A DNA stretch of 63,253 nucleotides, filler included, from Choristocarpus tenellus KU-1152 (lineage: Eukaryota; Protista; Phaeophyceae): assembly GCA_964200185.2 (NCBI GenBank). It is 11 parts of 11 records of this genome, joined end to end, with 100 filler letters (N's around TTAATTAATTAA, not from the genome) between each part and the next. Parts side by side here need not be neighbours in the genome. Positions count along the whole stretch, not along the records: positions 1 to 19,298 come from CAXNAD020000475.1; positions 19,399 to 22,648 come from CAXNAD020021265.1; positions 22,749 to 31,128 come from CAXNAD020004787.1; 8 more parts are not named here. One strand, given 5' to 3'. The position numbers were made by a program, and so were the translations under genes. Positions 12,879 to 25,077 of this stretch are shown here, one piece after another; the first letter of the stretch is position 1, and each line of letters begins with the position of its first letter. Under the pieces are notes generated by a model that worked only from the letters and a program-made list of their open reading frames with translations, was not told where the DNA came from and did not search any database.

Positions 12879-15800
12879 TTACTCGTGTTGACTTTACCCC
12901 TCCACGAGGTAGAAACTCTGGTATTTACCTCACAAGTCAACTTGTGACTTTAAAATCACACTGGAGTAGTATGTATGTGTGTATAGTGGTGTGTGGCTAA
13001 CGTTTTGTCACTACTCTGAGTATAATTGAAGTGAAATGCCACTGGTTGTGTCACTACCAAACACATATGAGCAAGAAATGTTGATGACTATGGTTTTGTG
13101 CCTCTCAAGTACTCTCAGTCAAGGGTCTTCAATAATCTATTAGTTGTGGATTACCCTGTTCTACTGCAGCAGTTGGGCTAGAGACCGTTCAGCACACAAT
13201 CTTATTATGGCGAGCAGACTATTTTGATGGTGAAGGATGATATTCTCTTCCGCTGAGTGAACAATACTGACGAAAGTCGACATTGCACCACCTTTCAAAT
13301 ATTCAGCTCACACACTCTCTGTGGCGACTGAGAATGAGAAACAATCGTGTGGATGTGGAGAGGAGATGCAATATAACATATAATGCGATGAAGAAACCTG
13401 GTCTGTGAAACAGAAGAGTGGTAAGAAAATAGAGCAAATAGGTGAAGTTAGTGAAGGATGGGTTTCCTGAGGGATATATAATATATCTGTGTTGCCTGCT
13501 AGATAGAACTGTATCCCCTAGACCTCTTCATCCATAGTGATATATTCGACTCAGGGCCCACTGTATCCACTGATACTCACTCCGAAATATAGCCAAAGAC
13601 AGATGTGTCATGGAATTTTTTCAGAGGTAGGTACAGTCTGTTGTCACTCGAGTATAAACAACGGAAGAAACTATTAGGTAGGCATATGGCTACAACTCTA
13701 GAATTCTTGCTCAAGTCGGATACAAATATTGAGGTAAAAGTCGAGAGAATAGGTAGGGTAAGGTATGAAGCTACTACAACTCTTCTGAGTTTTTGGAATG
13801 AGGTCAGGAAATTATACATTGCTGGGAATAATGATGACATTTTAAGGTTCTTATATATGTAAACATGTACTGTCAGAAGAACGTATGTTAATACGCTTAT
13901 ACGGGTATCGGTGGTGGTTGCAGTAGTGGCTGTGGTGGGAGTGATACAGGACTCCAGAAATTAGCAGTGTTGGCAGTTGCAGTAGCAGATAGCTATATAA
14001 GTTACGAGATATTTTTTTGTACATTTTGCTGAAGGCATACATGATGTTGCTCTGTAAGACTGGCCTTCCAGGTCTTGTTGCTCATGGATGTTTAAGTCGC
14101 TGAAGAATTAAAGCATTTAAGTGTTTTGAGCTCAAGCAGGCTCAAACTACTCGTATTAATATGTTCTACACGAGCTGCCCATGTTGTATTCACCTCTTCG
14201 TCAACATTCTCCTTCTGCTCCTCAACAATCTCTTTTAAATCTTTCTTAATCTCGGGCGCTCAGAGAATATTTTATCCTCAGTCCCAAGGGGAGCAATGAG
14301 TTTCTCCTATCCCAGGTTGCTTTCTTCGTCCTCCTCAGTCATCTTCTTTAGCTTCAACTTCGTTTTCCAGGCACATTTGATACCTTCACTTCAAGGCCAC
14401 CAACTTGGGCATGTGCCCTCTTCCCTTTTCGCGCCTCTCTCTCTTTGCCTATAACCTATTAGGAATTGCTCGCAAAGTCCTCAGAACACTGTTTTTTTAC
14501 GTACAGGATCACCCGTATCGTCCGAACTATTATGAACTATGCCGTTTTGGGGGAGCTTCGCACTGTTCCTAGGTTCCACATATAGAAGAATCCGTTGCTT
14601 CATTTCACACCGTCAGACACAGATTATTTCCAATCTAACCATAAAACCCCAAAACCCAACCTCCCAACTTCTAGGTGCCACTGTGTAACCGATAGGAATC
14701 CCCTGCAACAAGAATACCTGTCAAACGCCAGATCCTAATATTTTTTATGCAGCACTTAGCTTCACTAGATTGTGAAGGCTTTACTGGTGTACTCAGACAG
14801 CAGAAAGTGATATACAAAGAGCCAAACCTATAGAGAGGTAGTAACGATCCCGAGAAAGGGCTGAAGGACGCTACTTTGTACAAACTGCAGAAAGTGACTT
14901 TGCTTAATTGTTGTTTAAAAAAAAAAAAACTACAAAAATCATATACTTCACACAGAAGTATTTATTCCAAAGTATTTTTATAGTTCATCCGAATGAATGG
15001 TGTGCCACGCCCTGCCGTTCGTGGAATTACCAATAGCAATGGTTCCAGATATATATCTCATAAAGGAATTATCCAATCGAAACGACCGACACGCATTTAT
15101 CCCAGCCAATCGAAATCCTGTATCAGCTGCATTACACAATATAGTGAGCACCTCTAGGATGAGACCAATCTTGATTATTTTGAAAGGGTTGCCCAACGAG
15201 TTAATCGACGATGACACATCTGCAAAATGTCAGAGGCATAAAAATATAACGAGCGTATCAAATGAAAGCTCTGGATCTAAGCTATCGCTTGGGCGAAGAA
15301 AGTGTTTCGGAACATTATTTTGGTAGGGTTAATATTTAATCCAACGTTTTTGGATATGTTCCGGAATGAGTTATGACGACCAAACATATTTTTCCGAACG
15401 AAGTAAGTTATTTGCACCGGTAAATTGCTTAGATCAAGAGCTTTGATATGCTCATCATTGAGTAGCCCGTTGGGCAACCCATTCAAACAATCAAGATTGG
15501 TAACTGCCAAAACGGTACGTGGGCTAACGTTGGCTTAAAACTGTTAAAGTCACTCACAGGATAGGAATCTGGTTGAGCGTCTTGGAGGACTACTTCCAAT
15601 GGACATACTCAAATGTGTCCATCTTTGTAATTGTTCCGGAATGAATTATCATGATCAAACATATTTTTTCGAAAGAAGTCCTAAGCACCAGTAAATAGCT
15701 TAGATCCAGAGCTTTCATTATTTGATAAGCTCATCATTGATTAACCCGTCGGGGCAACCCTTTAAAAAAATCAAGACTGGTACCTCCCAAAACGATATGT

Positions 15801-18464
15801 GGGCTAACCTCAGCTTAATACTGTTTAAGCCATTCACACGACACGATTCTGGTTGAGTGTCTTGGAGGACACTGCTTGATGCTTCCAAAATACCACTGTG
15901 AATTGAACCTGATAGAAATGGTCTGGGGGCGGGCGAAGCACCATGTACAAGCCCACTGTGACTACACGTTGTCTGGCATGAGAGCCAACATTCCTGCCAA
16001 GTCTTAAGAAGGAAGGGGGGATGTCCACAGTAATTGTGGAGAGGTTCTTCAGGTTGAGCATTGCTTACCACCTGAGATATATTCCAATGAGAAACGCATG
16101 GCGTACACCAAATTGAACAGGGTGTACAAGACATTTATGTCTCACAGGAGGTCTGCACCTTCAGAATAACTTATTTGATTGGCACGAATTGTCTGGTTCA
16201 GGGGCCTGGCCCACCATGAGTGAGCCTTTGTCAGCAGGTCACAACATCGCATAAATGGGAAATAATGGAAAGAGAATGGAGAGACAGCTCCCATGTTCTC
16301 CAGGTGAAGATGACCTCTTCAGGCGAAAAAATCATCCTCAAAGCGCGGTTCGCGCGTGCCGATTTACACACCCCCCGTGCGAACCTTACGCGCGGACTAC
16401 TTGGTTTAAGTATGGTCCTGTATTTCTCATGATTACTGGAAGGTGGGCAACCGAGACCCATCAAATAAGGTTAGGCATGCTAATGCGACTACAACAAAGA
16501 AATTTTCATGAAAAAAATTGTTGTTGGTCGAAAGATATGGCACGACAAAGTTGATACAGGAAGCGACTGCCCACATTGTAGAAGACTCAAGCTACTTTTG
16601 GTAACATTGTAGATGCGTTTGCTACGTTTGCTAGCATGCCATACCCTTCTGCTGCCTCAGCCGAATCCCCGATCGTCAGGGAGAAACTAGAACTATATGG
16701 TCACAACAGGACTTCCATGCACGAAGAGATATCAAGCCAAACTTCACTGTTACACAGAGAGGTCAACCGTGTATTGGCAGTCCTTGCACCGATGCTTCAA
16801 CCTGTTCAACCCAGAATTCCTCACCCGCTGTCTGTGCTGCCTTAAATAAGGAATCTTTCCTCCGTTCTCTGCAAACACGATACCCCGTTCGTTCCCAAAA
16901 AGCAGTGAATCAAAACTCGTTCGACCAGTCACATCCGTTCCCCAGCCTGTGGTTTAATCCCCACTTGCTCTAGTCACAGACAGGGCGAGCGATAAACGTC
17001 GGCACCATTCGGGCAAAGGATTGCCTCCATCATGTGCCTCCCAGGACAAAGTTGATACATGGCTAAGGGCATACCGAGTTTGCTTTCATCATGTCTGTAG
17101 TCAAGACTGCTCCACGTCCATATCTGACGAGTGCAGGTATACATAAGACGACTCGTTAGTTCCCAGGGGAATCTTCTCATACCTTTCGGGATCCCACCGA
17201 GGACCTCTGTGTACTCAATCTACTACAGAGTCGCGTACGATGGTAGCCTTACTAGATACACATCTCCAGTACGTAGCAGCGATGCAAGACTCGAAACTCC
17301 CTCCACTATTCGTGAGAAGCCCAACCGATTCGGACGTTGCAGAGTCGTCTTGAAATTATGCCGTGGAGTCTGAGGCTCCAGCGATCCATATCATTCGAAC
17401 TATAGACATTAAGATTTCTAATCCCACCCCGATAATATTCACCATGACAGGCCCATTGTACTAGTCAAATATCGACACCTGCCATTCTGTGGCACCCATG
17501 AAGAGCCCACTCGAGAATGCCAGTATAGATACTTATTGACAGAGGTGTAGGAGGGGGGAATTACGTCTCGTCTGTTTTTTGAAGTAGTACTGCTCTTTGG
17601 GGGGGTGAAAGTTGATTACCACAGATCAACATAACAGGCAAAGGTATCGTTCATGCAGCAAACCCCAGAGGGTGCAATATGCCACCAATGCTGGTATTGA
17701 GGTCATGCAAACTTCCAATACCATTTTCCCCTGAGGATAAAGTGCGCAATATGACTTTTAGGATAATGGTGGGGCTACCTTCTGAAAATATTTTAGGAGC
17801 AACAGTTTGTAGACAACGCTAGAGTATACGGTCATCTAGAGAAGGTCAATGCTTCCAACTATTCCCCATTGTCACCATGGGTACCTTTTTGTCAGGATTC
17901 CAACACTCAGATCGAGCAGTAACAATGTACCCTTGTCAGACCTTAGCAAATGGCATTGTAGTACAAAGGAAAGTTCTAAAATGGGTAGTTGTCGGACTAG
18001 GTGCCAAAAATAGAAGCAATGAACATCTTGATTTCCTAAATAGAATAAGATATTTGCATCATAATTGAGATAAGACTTTTCGTATTTTAAAGGACAAAGA
18101 CTCCGTCACAGATATACCCTCCGATAAAATTTCAAGAGCTGATACAAAAACATTTATCAGTTGGTTTAATAATATATTTTACAAGCATTAATTCAAATAG
18201 GTTGGGACCAGATTTAGCACGAGCACAATCACTCACTGCCAAAGACTTGAGATGATCAGCTGAAACACTATAATAGTCGAATTTTCTACATCTTAGATAT
18301 TTTGATATTTCCTGTATATTAGACTCTGGAAATGATTTTGTTTGTATTATGTCTAGTCCATGTTCGTTAAGCAAATAATAATACCTGTTCAGACCACAAG
18401 AGCATAATATAGTTTACTTAAATCTAGAGTATCTATAGTACCGATTTTTGATTGAACAAAAGGA

Positions 18465-18643
18465 GTTTCAAAGTATCTGGGGGGGGTGGCGTCTGTCCAT
18501 TTGGGGCCAAATTTTCAAAGTCACGATTTTTGGATGATTTGGTTGCATACGTCGGATGGATAATGTAAATGCACTTTTACTTGTTATGACCCAAAGAGAT
18601 ACCCTGGTGTAGATCCCCCCCCTCCCCCCAGATATTTTGGGTC
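18465..18643 (+). mobile_element. MITE family B (G-rich TIR relative of family A), complete copy
   Basis: GTTTCAAAGTATCTGGGGGGGG...CCCCCCAGATATTTTGGGTC with AGGA 4-bp TSD; shares the subterminal GTCCATTTGGGG motif with family A. Confidence 0.78.
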
Positions 18644-19298
18644 AGGATTTTGGTTATTTTAAATATTTTGATTACGATAGTATTTTGGCGATGTCTACCA
18701 CTTTTTTTTTCGATTTTCTATATTGTAACTGCTCTCTGCTATCTTGAACTTTCTATTTTTTTATATATATTTTTTTCATCTCACTCGTCTGTTCTTGCAA
18801 TGTTTTTTTTTTAATTCTCATTCCACCATCCTTTCATTTTTCTTTCTTTTTTTCATAGTTGTTACTTTCATCATTCACAGACTTTGTTTTTCTTCTTTAT
18901 TTTTTTGTTCTTTTCATTTAACTTATTATTTATTCATGATCCACTTTTGTTACCCTCGTCATCCTCCAATATTCTTTCCTTTCTATTTATTGCTCCTTTC
19001 TTAGTTTTGTTTTTTCATTTTTTCATTTTTATTATTATTACTATTTGTTGCTATCACTGGCCCTTCTTTATTTCTTTATATATATATATTTTTTTTTAAC
19101 TTTTGTCATTGCCTGTTTTGCGCGCTAGCAGGCTTGAGTACGCTTTGTGCTTGGGTGACATTGGACAGGCAATAATCAGATGCCGAGTAGGTCATGAATA
19201 CTAGAAGTCTAATCCCTGATAGCACTTGCATTTATAACTGGGAAAATTGGAACGGAAAACGTATGAATTATAGACCTAGGGTCAAAGTATCTTGGGGG

Positions 19299-19398
19299 NN
19301 NNNNNNNNNNNNNNNNNNNNNNNNNNNNNNNNNNNNNNNNNNTTAATTAATTAANNNNNNNNNNNNNNNNNNNNNNNNNNNNNNNNNNNNNNNNNNNN
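19299..19398. other. Artificial contig-joining spacer, first of ten; others at 22649-22748, 31129-31228, 34141-34240, 36862-36961, 40490-40589, 43710-43809, 53389-53488, 56531-56630, 60238-60337
   Basis: Identical 100-bp N-run with central TTAATTAATTAA (stops in all six frames). Sequence on either side is unrelated. Confidence 0.98.
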
Positions 19399-21798
19399 GG
19401 ATGGTTTCGTTGCTTTACTTTCAGGTGCGCCGTGTGCTGACCCCCTCCCTACCTCAATTTGGGATTAAAGAGACACAAAATGAATGTCCAAAACATACGG
19501 TTTGCAATCTTTTATCCATTGTGTGCGGGTGTCATGCACCTTTTCAGATACCAGAGTCAAAGTATATCTTAGAGGGTAGAGCCGCGTCCATTTGTGGGTC
19601 AAAATCCAATGTTGTGGTTTTGATGTAATTTTGACTATTGTGTTTGTTAGGAAGTGTCAACATCCATGTTCTGGACACACCTTTTCATAACATATACATT
19701 TTACCTACTCCGAAACATTTGGGGGTGGGAAAACGTCATTAAAAAAATATATGGGAAGCCAAGCCCCAAATGGACACACAGGGCAAAACTCATACCCTCT
19801 AAGATACTTTCACTCATTCTTCTAATGCTAAAGCTAAGAACTTGAAGCACGAAGTAGTCTGTAGATGTCACATAAAAGGTACATTGCATAGTGTTCCTGC
19901 AAAGCTTCTAGAATTTCCAGAAAAAATAAGGTCCCTAAAGTGGAAATACACTCCTACCGCTGCAAGCAAGAACTTGATGCTAGGGTAGAGCTCATATATC
20001 ACAACCATTTATGTGATAGTATCTTAGAGGATACCAGTTTTTCCCTGTTTGTCCATTTGGGGCTTGGCTTCCCGTGGGTTTTTTTATGACATTTCCCACT
20101 CTAAAATGTTTGGGAGTAGGTCCAATGTATACGTTATGAAAAAGTGTGTCCAGAACAAGGATACTGAAACTTCCTAACAAACACGATAGCCACAATTACA
20201 TCAAGATCGCAACATTGGATTTTGGCCCCCAAATGGACGTGGTCCTACCCTCTACGATACTTTGGCTCTTTCTTCAATACTGCTATGAACTTTCCTTCCA
20301 TCTTGTTTACTTCTTCAGGCCGATCGAGTATGGAAAAAATGAAATCGTGCCTCCTGCTTCCAAGCACCCACTTGACTGCCAACCTCCTTCCCACCCCGCC
20401 CCGCCCCCCTCCCCCACTTCCCTTTCTCGTCAATCTCTTTCCCACTCCCTTACGAACTATGATAGGCTCTCATCCTGGTCGCTTTTCCTCTCTTCCCTAT
20501 GGGCACTGTCTTTGTCGCAGTATTCCTTTACATCTCGTTCAAGTTTGAAAAAATAATGCTTACGACCTTCCAGGTGAAAGAGTCATTTTTCCCAAGATGA
20601 ATAATAGGACAATGCAAAACTGCTGGTAGTATAAGAGTGAAGGATGAATTGAGAATAAAATGAGGAATAAAATTTGTACCAACAGAAATAGCTTTAAAGG
20701 TAGCATTTTAAGCCAATAGGGCACACTTTCAAAAATAATAATAGCCCTGCTGCCCCTCAATTTCTGGAAAGACTCGGAATTTGAGGAGAGAGAAGAGTCA
20801 GAGCAAATAGGAGGTGCCCAGGTTTTAGTCGTCCTTCAAATAAACACATTTATCTCATGGAACTCACCCTTATTTCTGTGGATGAAGTACTAAGATCGAT
20901 TCGAGAGCGTTGATTTCTCTACTGTTTGAAAATTTTCAACGAAATTCAGAAAAATCTCTTTTGCGAATTTTCTACAAAAAAAAAAGTTGATTTTTTGCAC
21001 ATGTTTTGTCAGCACCCTTAATAAGCAGCCGTGCATACCTCTTGATTATTTTGACTCCATCTTCGTTGGTGGGAGAAGTGGTAGTGAGGGAAGGGTCAGT
21101 GAGGTGACAGGATAAGAAAAGGATACAAAGTGCAATCGCTTTCAACTCTGCACAGCATTGCTCTTTGAACATCCCGTGGTTGATCGTTTATAACTATATT
21201 TTCACTTTCACAATACGCAACCTGGATGTTCCAAGCGATGGAGGCTATGTTTCATTGTTTGTGGAGCGTTTTGGATACGATATTCTGCGTTCAAACCCTG
21301 GTCGAGAAGATATGTCTTTTAAGTGGATTAAAGGATTCTGGGTTCGAACGCTGGCCGAGAAAACCTTTTCTGTCGGGGTGGACACCCTTATTTCCCTAGT
21401 GGGGGATGGTGTACAAATTTACATCTAGTCTTCAGAAAGCAGCGCATATTATCTAGGCTGTTGATTATTGTGACTTCACAATTGCTTTCGTATTATCTAG
21501 CTTGTTTTCTAAGTCGAAAGCATTGCCTCGCTAGAAAGGGATAGGAACTTACGATGTTCCGGAGGAGTGTTCATGTGATCTTGTCCTCAGACACACTGCA
21601 CTTACAGCTTTGTCCTCGGTATTGTCGTCCCTTCCCTGGTGTGACAAAAAGTCCAAGCCCAAGGGACGGCTCTCAACAAATGACGTCTACTCCTCCTTCT
21701 TCATTAAATTCTATGTTGCAACCCTTGTATGCCTGGGGGCCCTGGCGACTGCATTCTTGATTGCGAGCTCAACATTCCCCAAAGACTGCAGTATTCAG
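19399..21798 (+). CDS. Transmembrane channel-like (TMC family) protein, internal fragment (exons 19399-19424, 20466-20573, 21652-21798)
   Basis: Phase-0 splicing gives MVSLLYFQ-ALILVAFPLFPMGTVFVAVFLYISFKFEKIMLTTFQ-SKPKGRLSTNDVYSSFFIKFYVATLVCLGALATAFLIASSTFPKDCSIQ. This resembles the end of the TMC domain and the following helices. Confidence 0.72.
19554..19815 (+). mobile_element. MITE family A, copy 5 (TMC intron)
   Basis: GAGTCAAAGTATATCTTAGAGGGTA...TACCCTCTAAGATACTTTCACTC; no clean TSD. Confidence 0.92.
20011..20268 (-). mobile_element. MITE family A, copy 6 (TMC intron, reverse)
   Basis: Reverse-complement copy starting about 195 bp after copy 5. Confidence 0.9.
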
Positions 21799-21887
21799 GT
21801 GAGTGAGGATGTTGTACAGTTTTGTGAATTGAGTAACTACGGTGGTGGAATTGCCAGTAGCAACAGTTAGTAGGACCTTACACCAAG

Positions 21888-22145
21888 GAGCTAAAGTATC
21901 ATATAGGGTAGAGCCGCGTCCATTTGGGGACCACAATCCAATGTTGCGATTTTGATATCATTTTGGCTATTGCGATTGTTAAGAAGTGTCAATATCCTTG
22001 TTCCAGACACACCTTTTCATAACGTACATCTTATCTCACTCCGAAATATTTTGGAGTAGGAAAATGTCAAAATTAAACCCATGGGAAGCCAAGCCCCAAA
22101 TGGACAAACAGGGCAAAACTAGTACCCTCTAAGCTACTCCCAATC
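21888..22145 (+). mobile_element. MITE family A, copy 7
   Basis: Full-length copy with CAAG 4-bp TSD (21884-21887 and 22146-22149). Confidence 0.92.
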
Positions 22146-22544
22146 CAAGAGCTCACGAACGGAGAATGTGGCTCGAAAATTCAATTCCTCTTTTTGCTTA
22201 CCTGGGAGTAAATCTTACCAGTACCTGCAGTAAACGTTTGGGGCATTTGGGGGTTAGATGGGACAGAATGGTGAGAATAATACCTGTGGACTCTCAAGAT
22301 GGTTGTAAAAATGCTTCAGTACAGGGAACCAAAACAGGAAGAGCCACCCAGGAGAGGTTGGGGGGAACAAGGGGGGGGAGCGGGTTTAGGAAGCACCAAG
22401 TCATGCAAAATAGCCCACGATTCAAACACTGTGCGAAGGGAAGACTCTCACATACACAGCAAAACGTATGCTCATGCTCATCACTGTGAGTCGGCACGTC
22501 CCCTAGAGTGTCTCTGTGCTCTGTACTCTGTGTCACTCATGACA

Positions 22545-22558
22545 GGCCCAAAGTATCT

Positions 22559-22590
<32 letters not shown>

Positions 22591-22648
22591 TTTTGGTTGT
22601 CACATTTTTTGGCGGTTTGGGTTGTAGCTGTCTGTGTGACATAGGAAG
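22545..22648 (+). mobile_element. Family B-type terminus cut by a contig end; also at 19279-19298, 40463-40489, 53369-53388, and the opposite end at about 1-52
   Basis: GG(G/C)(T/C)CAAAGTATCT(T)GGGGG followed by poly-G and then the spacer; the window opens with CCCCCCCCAAGATACTT. Confidence 0.75.
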
Positions 22649-24812
22649 NNNNNNNNNNNNNNNNNNNNNNNNNNNNNNNNNNNNNNNNNNNNTTAATTAA
22701 TTAANNNNNNNNNNNNNNNNNNNNNNNNNNNNNNNNNNNNNNNNNNNNTCTCGTGGACAAGCTCCTAGGCAATCGGTGAGCTCCCTTCCCCAACCCCCCC
22801 CTCCCCTTGGTGTGATACAGCAAGTATTTACCAGACTAAGGTTAGGATTAGTGCTAGGGATAGGGCTAGGAATAGACTTATTTATAGTGTGTTGGTCTGT
22901 TACTGATTGTTGCACATTTCTAAACCTTTTTTTCGTTTGAAGAATGGATGCTTCTTTTCTTGTCTGATCAATCCTACAACTGCACCATAGAGATCTTATT
23001 TCAAATAGATATTTTAATGCACTCTCTGAAGAACGTTCTTGTCCCTATTTCACTCCATTCATACCTCAATATTCCCAGTTTGACCCACTATTTGATATAA
23101 ACCTTGCTCTTCTTGTTGGCATTTTTCCTCACCCCACTTCTGGTGCACCCTACATAACCCCTCTCAGCAGTAAGAGTACATCCCTTGATACTCCACCTCT
23201 TGGACTTCCAGATCCCTATTGTCTCTGATGGCACAGAGTAGTGTAGTACTCTTGATTTGTTCTGTTCCCCGTTGTTGTATTGAGACATGCTGCTGTTGGT
23301 GGATTTTTGTTGAACCAGCAGTACCTGCCTCTTGTTCAGAAGTATTGGTGAAAACTTTTGTTTGGTCTATTTTTTCACTATAGATGGGTTTCCCGCTTCT
23401 GCTGTTTCATTTCTGAGAAGAACTGGCCATAGATGAATGGGTGTGTGATCTGGGTTGTTTCGCCATTGTAAAATCCGCTGATATTTGATATACATTTGTT
23501 TGTCTATCCCCTCTATTGCTGTGTGATTTGTTTGTTTTTCATCTTCTTAACCTTTCTGGAGAGGGCTGAAGACTAACAGGCCCCTTTTCCCTCTTTTATT
23601 GTACATTGTGTGAAGAGAGATGATGAACATTTCAGAGTGTTTAACTTCTTTGAAGTATTTTATGAGCTTTGGTTTAGCTTTCAACTGTTGGCAGGGCTAA
23701 ACCCAGCCCTGAATTTACTACGAATGTAAAGTTTAGTTGATTGAACTGAAGTGACTTAGACTGTACTGATGGGTTTATCGAAAGGTCTTTATTCTCAACT
23801 GTACTCAATTGTACTCGATTGTACTGCAGGAAGATAGATGAATTTTCTTACAGCTGCCGCAAAGGTTGTGGCCATCCCTTGTCCTTCGAAAAGCAATACA
23901 TTATATGCTTGGTTGTTTTTTGTTATTGTTTTTTGTTATCCGCTCAAAGGTAACAAACACTACTGTGATCAGTTGCAGATGTCCATTTTGACGGGATTTT
24001 CTCTGTTGGAATCATCTCTCCTTGATATTGAACAAAGTGGTTACATGTTGTCCCCAATAAAGTGTGTATTTAGTGTGTGTATTTGTATTTGAAACGATTA
24101 CCACTCTGATGATCTTTTGTTGATTGAATTATGACAAGAAACTCTCATTTACATATCTAGTGAAGTACATATTTACTACAAGCACACATACGTACACATT
24201 TCATCCCAACTGAGAAAAGTCCCAGATACTATTATGTAGTATATCCAGGCTTGTGAATTCAGCTGAGGTTAAGATGTATAAGGACATCTATACCGCAGAG
24301 TAAGGATACAGTGTAATTCAATGTGCATCTATATTTATATCTCTCTCTATGTATCTATATTTCCCCACCATTATTCAATAAAATTTGAAGTCCCTGATTC
24401 ACAAGTTTTGTAATAATTTACAAATTCCGGTTCCTCACTTTGGTGGCGAAGATTGTTCGTTATGTTAAAGAATACCTCAAACTCTTTGGTTCATTCTTCT
24501 TTTCCTTCAACACTCAACACTCTATTTGCTGTCATATCACCATGATAATCACCACTGAGTTCAATCAAGATGGACTCTTAAGGATCGTGTCTTCATGTCG
24601 ATCTATGTATTCTTTTATTTTATTTTTTCCACCAGTAGAATCACTGTTGTTGCCATACTGAATCAGTGGGATCCAAGGACCATTCCACTTTTCTACTTTG
24701 TTGATTTTCTCATGATTTATCTTGGCATCAGGTGTACCAGGTACAGGGTTCCGGCGTGTGCCACATGTTTCTTCAATGTCCAATTAAATTTGCTGTTGCT
24801 TTGTTGCTGTGG

Positions 24813-25072
24813 TTCACCGCTCCTGTTCACCACTCCTATTCACCACTCCTGTTCACCACTCCTATTCACCACTCCTGTTCACCACTCCTATTCACCACTC
24901 CTGTTCACCACTCCTATTCACCACTCCTGTTCATCACTCCTATTCACCACTCCTGTTCATCACTCCTGTTCACCACTCCTGTTCACCACTCCTATTCACC
25001 ACTCCTGTTCATCACTCCTATTCACCACTCCTGTTCACCACTCCTATTCACCACTCCTACTCACCACTCCTG
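24813..25072 (+). repeat. 13-bp minisatellite, 20 units of TTCA(C/T)CACTCCT(G/A)
   Basis: Directly visible; 260 bp, ending just before the TGCAG acceptor at 25073-25077. Confidence 0.97.
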
Positions 25073-25077
25073 TGCAG

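Noticed and set aside
19554-20268. Inversion by recombination between the inverted MITE pair, or a composite transposon
   Set aside because: The flanking 4-mers (ACCA, ATTC, ATTT, TTTC) show neither swapped reverse-complement TSDs nor a shared outer TSD.
1886-22145. Recurring small ORFs sharing RILTLPNKHDSQ or FVRKCQYPCS peptides as a gene family
   Set aside because: They are chance translations of MITE family A copies, with inconsistent starts and stops.
22900-23520. Possible LINE 3' remnant on the minus strand
   Set aside because: Only a vague resemblance; no RT or endonuclease motif was recoverable.
24813-25072. CRISPR-like array
   Set aside because: Head-to-tail 13-mers with no spacers, no cas genes and a eukaryotic context.
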